Made by a program: the position numbers and the translations under genes
DNA from: a virus
IMG/VR virus record: IMGVR_UViG_3300009376_000001
Reading direction: 5' to 3' (one strand)
DNA: 64,000 bases
Part shown: piece after piece, positions 60,129 through 64,000 of the stretch
Position numbering within the stretch: position 1 is the first letter of the stretch
How the letters are laid out: each line of letters starts with the position of its first letter
The notes under the pieces: model-generated
What the model saw: the letters and a program-made list of their open reading frames with translations, nothing else
Database searches by the model: none
What the model was told of the DNA's origin: nothing

Positions 60129-60479
60129 ATGTTTAAAAATACTCCTTACGGCTTTCACATGGACTTCACCAATGGCTGGTTAATTTCAGTACAGTGGGGG
60201 CCACACAATTACTGCTCCACTCGTACTGACGAGCAATACGCAGACGACAATCCTTTCGACGGAAACTTCCACGAGTATGCATCTAATACTGCTGAGATTG
60301 CAGTATGGCATAAGGATGCTGACCGTTACTATCCTCTGTCAGATACGGACGATGTTAAAGGTTGGGTATCTACACAAGAAGTAACCGAGTATATCGAGTG
60401 GGTGTCTCAGTTGGATAGCAACTACGTTACAGTCTTGGAAAATGCTCCATACAAAGGCTTACACGGAGTCTCTGACTAA
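60129..60479 (+). CDS. Early hypothetical protein
   Basis: The track's start is the -35; ATG 60129; GFHMDFTNGWLISVQWG..AEIAVW. Confidence 0.7.
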   Translation: MFKNTPYGFHMDFTNGWLISVQWGPHNYCSTRTDEQYADDNPFDGNFHEYASNTAEIAVWHKDADRYYPLSDTDDVKGWVSTQEVTEYIEWVSQLDSNYVTVLENAPYKGLHGVSD

Positions 60480-60728
60480 TCCTCCATATAAAGGAAACGA
60501 AAAGATATATAGGAGCTAGAAATAGCTCCTATTTTTTTTGTGGACCATATTATCTTTTCCTTAGATCCGCAGGACCGCCAGGAGATGGAGGAGGAGGTGA
60601 AGTTAGAATATGTGATTGGTAACCAAGTCGAACAGAACTTCGTTATATATAATAAGAAATAAGAATGTATTGACTTCAATCTAGTAGTATGGTATAATCG
60701 AATTATCAAGAAAACAGGAGACACCACT

Positions 60729-61274
60729 ATGAACACCCTAGTCGCAGGCGCACTCAATTCCGAAGCAAAATTCACGGACTCACAAGTCACGCCTGACCTG
60801 CGTGAAGCTAGCCTCGCCTATCTGGCTACCTACGAGGGTAATTTCACCTACCTCGTTGACCTTAAACGGCGTAATCCTGACAACTTGTCCGTAGGACAGG
60901 TTCGTGGCATCCTCAATTGCATACGAGCGCAGGTACTGCGTGAGCGTGACGCAGGTGAGCAAGTCAACGTCGTTGATGGTCGTTATGCCGTATGGATGGA
61001 AGGTAAGCTTCGGTTCTTCCGTGTGAACACTCCTACTGAGGGTCGCTGGTCAGGATTCACTTTCGTCACTGAACAATTCGGTGGAGGCGGTGTCCGTGCC
61101 ATAAAAGGCAATGCTCGCAACCTCATCCTCTCAGCCATAGCTGATGATTCTGATGCTCTCGCACGGTTTGGTCAGGAACTTGGCAAATGTGGCAAATGTG
61201 GTCGTGACCTCACGGATGAGGAATCCCGTCGCATAGGTATCGGGCCTATCTGTCGGGAGCAATTAGGAATGTAA
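60729..61274 (+). CDS. DUF6011-like Zn-finger protein
   Basis: CGKCGRDLTDEESRRIGIGPIC. Confidence 0.8.
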   Translation: MNTLVAGALNSEAKFTDSQVTPDLREASLAYLATYEGNFTYLVDLKRRNPDNLSVGQVRGILNCIRAQVLRERDAGEQVNVVDGRYAVWMEGKLRFFRVNTPTEGRWSGFTFVTEQFGGGGVRAIKGNARNLILSAIADDSDALARFGQELGKCGKCGRDLTDEESRRIGIGPICREQLGM

Positions 61275-61590
61275 TTCCTAATTCTTCTATACCGAAAAGA
61301 TGAATCCTGGGATAAAACCCAGGATTTTTTTATTCCGGCTGCAATCATCTTTTCCTTATCTATATAACATAGTAGCTGCTGACCAGGTGCAAGAGGAATG
61401 TAACCGAACTAAATGCATATTCGTCTATGTAAGTACAACGCAAAAATGGAAATCAAAATAGTGTAACTAAGTACCTACCATCTGCGTTATATAAAGTGAG
61501 GAACAAAAATAAAGGAGAAAAAACAAGATGTAACCGATTAGATACTTTCAACGTCTTATAAAATACGAAACAAAAATAAAAGGAGAAAAA

Positions 61591-62013
61591 ATGGAAATCA
61601 AGATTACCCCACCACAGGAATTCATCAAACTGGTAAATCAAATTCTAAAGGAGAACAAAATGGAAAAGACTTGGCCTCTGGCTCCCAACTTCACGGATTC
61701 CAACATTGTCATCAACCAACGGATGATTCATCATCTGTTGGAACGTAAGGGAACTCCACAGAATCGGGATATGCAAGCCTTGGGAATCGAAGTATCAGAA
61801 CTTCGTGATGAAGCAGGATTATCTCGTAAGGAACTTACTGCGCTCTCTGGAATCGATTGTGCTTTCTTAGCACTATTAGAAGAGGGATATGCCTTACCCT
61901 CTGAGGTAGATAAAGGAATCCTAGCCCGCCTCGCTTGTACCTTCATGTATGCGGAACTTCCTGCATATCATGTACAGGAGGCATTTTGGAAATATAAGAA
62001 ACTATTGACTTAG
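61591..62013 (+). CDS. XRE-type HTH protein
   Basis: LRDEAGLSRKELTALSGID..FLALLEEG. Confidence 0.7.
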   Translation: MEIKITPPQEFIKLVNQILKENKMEKTWPLAPNFTDSNIVINQRMIHHLLERKGTPQNRDMQALGIEVSELRDEAGLSRKELTALSGIDCAFLALLEEGYALPSEVDKGILARLACTFMYAELPAYHVQEAFWKYKKLLT

Positions 62014-62063
62014 ACTCTTACAAGTGCTATAATACATTTATCAACTAAAGACACAGGAGACAA

Positions 62064-62519
62064 ATGCGAACTTACACACGAACCCCATCAAAGTACACAG
62101 TCCACCTAATGGAATTCACCCATCTTAATGATTCCGCTTTGGAACACTACAATAAAAACCGTGAAGAAAAGGCAACGGCTTGTAAGACCATGTATCGTCA
62201 CGGCTTCATCATCACTGATGATGGAATGTTTGTCCTCTGTGATGAGGGTGTCGGCAACAAAAAACCAATATCTGAGGAGCATCCTTATCAGTTAGAGTTC
62301 TTCAACGAGCGTAAAGAAGAGGGAACAAATGTGACTCACATGGGAATTGGCCCATGCCTCTTTATGCGAATGGAAGAAAAGGACTTGCGAGAATGTGCTA
62401 CTGGCGACACTGAGCCTCTCCATGAATTCATCCGCACTTTCGGAGATAGACTAGATACCAACTACATGAACTTTGAACGATGGCTGGATAACTACGCCAC
62501 TCGTTGGGAAGGTGAGTAA
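62064..62519 (+). CDS. Hypothetical protein
   Basis: Promoter 62005, CAGGAG RBS. Confidence 0.7.
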   Translation: MRTYTRTPSKYTVHLMEFTHLNDSALEHYNKNREEKATACKTMYRHGFIITDDGMFVLCDEGVGNKKPISEEHPYQLEFFNERKEEGTNVTHMGIGPCLFMRMEEKDLRECATGDTEPLHEFIRTFGDRLDTNYMNFERWLDNYATRWEGE

Positions 62520-62686
62520 TGACACCAGCCGAACTATTATCTATAGAAGAGGGAATTTGTATCATCTGTAGTGGTGATGATGTGGAGTGTCTTGAGGATT
62601 GCACAGTTCATAAATGCGTAGACTGTGGATATACGTTAACCGCAACTGAAATGAAAGAAATCAAAGGTGAGGAAGAACATGACTAA
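62519..62686 (+). CDS. Small Zn-ribbon protein
   Basis: TAATG coupling; CIIC..CVDCG. Confidence 0.55.
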   Translation: MTPAELLSIEEGICIICSGDDVECLEDCTVHKCVDCGYTLTATEMKEIKGEEEHD

Positions 62687-62921
62687 AGAAGACTATGAAG
62701 ATAAATATGGAGAAAAAGTTATCTATTGTAGAGTACATCATGTTACTGGTATAGATGGATGTATTGCTTGTGAACAAGAGGAACAGGATGATGCGGATAT
62801 GATTTTAAAGAATGATGGAGATGATGTGATGTCTATATACAATGATGTTTTTAATAAAATGAATATTGAACGTGAGAAATGGGAAACCATAAGAACTAGT
62901 AAGTATCGGAAAAAAACCTAA
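62679..62921 (+). CDS. Hypothetical protein
   Basis: GAGG RBS; CRVH..CIAC. Confidence 0.55.
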   Translation: MTKEDYEDKYGEKVIYCRVHHVTGIDGCIACEQEEQDDADMILKNDGDDVMSIYNDVFNKMNIEREKWETIRTSKYRKKT

Positions 62922-62941
62922 CTCACGGTTAGAAATATCAT

Positions 62942-63027
62942 GCAGGGGTGGCGAAACGGTAAACGCATTGGACTTAAAATCCAACACCTGTAAAGGTTTG
63001 AGGGTTCGATTCCCTCCCCCTGTACCA
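62942..63027 (+). tRNA. trnL: tRNA-Leu(UAA)
   Basis: Acceptor GCAGGGG/CCCCTGT plus ACCA; D-loop GG; anticodon arm TTGGA-CTTAAAA-TCCAA; long variable arm; GGTTCGATTCC. Confidence 0.93.
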
Positions 63028-63243
63028 AAATAGATAAATCTCTAACTCGTAGTCTCCGACGAGTCTCAGTAATCCCCTCGATGTTGGTTGGTGCATCGAG
63101 GGGATTTTTTTATCCCACATCTCATCTTTTCCTTAGGCACCAGGAGGACCCGCAGGCGGAGAAGTGCGAATATGGGATTGGTAAGATACTTGACTTGAGG
63201 TTAGTGATAGTGTATAATAGGGATAGATTAAAGGAGAAAAGAA

Positions 63244-63486
63244 ATGAACGTAAGAGATTTCCAGGCTAGTAGTAGAGGACGTTTCATCCAAGCTCAAGCA
63301 CTTTACTATACGATACAACGACTATCGGAGGTAGAGGGGGCAATAAGAGAAGTATCCAACATAGCAGATATGCAATTCTTACTCGATGAATTGTATCCTG
63401 GGTATGAAGATATTTTTCGTCGCCTAGACCAGCAACGCTGTACGTTACAGCATGGTGAAGAAGTACATAACCACATAGGGGGATAG
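63244..63486 (+). CDS. Hypothetical protein
   Basis: Promoter and AAGGAG RBS. Confidence 0.65.
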   Translation: MNVRDFQASSRGRFIQAQALYYTIQRLSEVEGAIREVSNIADMQFLLDELYPGYEDIFRRLDQQRCTLQHGEEVHNHIGG

Positions 63487-63494
63487 CTACTAAA

Positions 63495-63734
63495 ATGAAA
63501 AAAACATTTCTCATTTTTTATTACGTTCTCAACGGACAGGAATATGTGGAAGCATATCCTATCCATAGTTTGAAATATCCTTATGATTCTTTATTGCCTA
63601 ATGATTGTCCTCATGCCTTTATGGTTTGTAGTTCTCGTAATCAGGCTCGTAAAGAAGCATACAAGTTATGGATTGATTCCTCAGGTCGTGGATTTAATAA
63701 AATGCCTCACCCTAGGTCACACGCCTTACACTAG
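63495..63734 (+). CDS. Hypothetical protein
   Basis: ORF in cassette. Confidence 0.55.
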   Translation: MKKTFLIFYYVLNGQEYVEAYPIHSLKYPYDSLLPNDCPHAFMVCSSRNQARKEAYKLWIDSSGRGFNKMPHPRSHALH

Positions 63735-63796
63735 GGTATTGACTTAGGGATAAATAAGTGGTATAATACTAGTATCAAATAAATCAGGAGACACAA

Positions 63797-64000
63797 ATGG
63801 TAACACTATCCAAATGTTGCGACGCAACACCACTAGGCAAGGACTTAGACTCTACTTCATCCTTCGGAAAATGCTCTGACTGCGGTGACTACGAGTTCTT
63901 CTATCAGTCTGAAACTCCATCCTCTGCGATGAAAGCATTGATGACTGAGACTTCACGAGACACTTTGCTACTCATCGGGCCAAAGTGCAATCTACCAGAA
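63797..64000 (+). CDS. Zn-binding protein, truncated by window end; paralogue of 55774
   Basis: Promoter 63739, CAGGAG RBS; SKCCDATP..GKCSDCGD. Confidence 0.65.
   Translation, partial: MVTLSKCCDATPLGKDLDSTSSFGKCSDCGDYEFFYQSETPSSAMKALMTETSRDTLLLIGPKCNLPE

Larger units (their letters stand above)
51540..63135 (+). repeat. Dispersed co-oriented 12-mer A(G/T)CTTTTCCTTA, 19 copies
   Basis: Starts at about 51540, 51964, 52393, 53019, 53577, 54355, 54724, 55262, 55679, 56123, 56755, 57259, 57658, 58158, 59226, 60038, 60552, 61347, 63124. Confidence 0.9.
51470..63780 (+). other. Early-type cassette region: terminator, motif, sigma70 promoter, ATCAA, AGGAG RBS, small ORF
   Basis: About 20 near-consensus TTGAC(A/T)-17-TA(T/A)(A/C)(A/C)T promoters (e.g. 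51587, 52022, 52623, 53613, 55321, 55713, 57713, 60669); hairpin plus T-tract terminators after most ORFs. Confidence 0.85.

Noticed and set aside
1-64000. Genome-wide alternative genetic code
   Set aside because: Recognisable genes are intact under code 11 and all three stop codons are used; only one suspicious internal UGA was found.

Overview
A 64-kb segment of a large tailed bacteriophage genome. Bacterial sigma70 promoters, AGGAG ribosome-binding sites and a dnaX homologue point to a bacterial host. It has three blocks. (1) 1-34.1 kb, minus strand: a morphogenesis operon with about 25 mosaic tail-fibre/virion proteins, a probable decoration protein, major capsid protein, scaffold, a 970-aa prohead protease and internal head proteins, followed by dnaX. 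(2) 34.3-51.3 kb, plus strand: accessory and nucleotide-metabolism genes (DEDD exonuclease, HTH/Zn/HNH-like protein, Hsp20, thermonuclease, dual-specificity phosphatase, trypsin-like protease, C5 DNA methyltransferase, dCMP deaminase, HNH). (3) 51.5-64 kb, plus strand: about 20 self-contained early-type expression cassettes and a tRNA-Leu(UAA). The main finding is a candidate RNA-guided TIGR-Tas-like system. A Nop/IS110-related protein lacking the RuvC domain (35941-37029) co-occurs with an array of about 57 units at 46981-49234. Each 36-nt unit reads AATGAATCA-N9-ANAGTA(C/T)CA-N9. Orphan units of the same form sit at 37276, 44767 and 46572. Two other notable signals: an in-frame UGA in a C-D-K-UGA context followed directly by a SECIS-like hairpin in a head-region gene (27828), and a 12-nt asymmetric motif A(G/T)CTTTTCCTTA repeated 19 times, each copy between one cassette's terminator and the next promoter. 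All protein calls come from motifs read by eye; no database searches were run.
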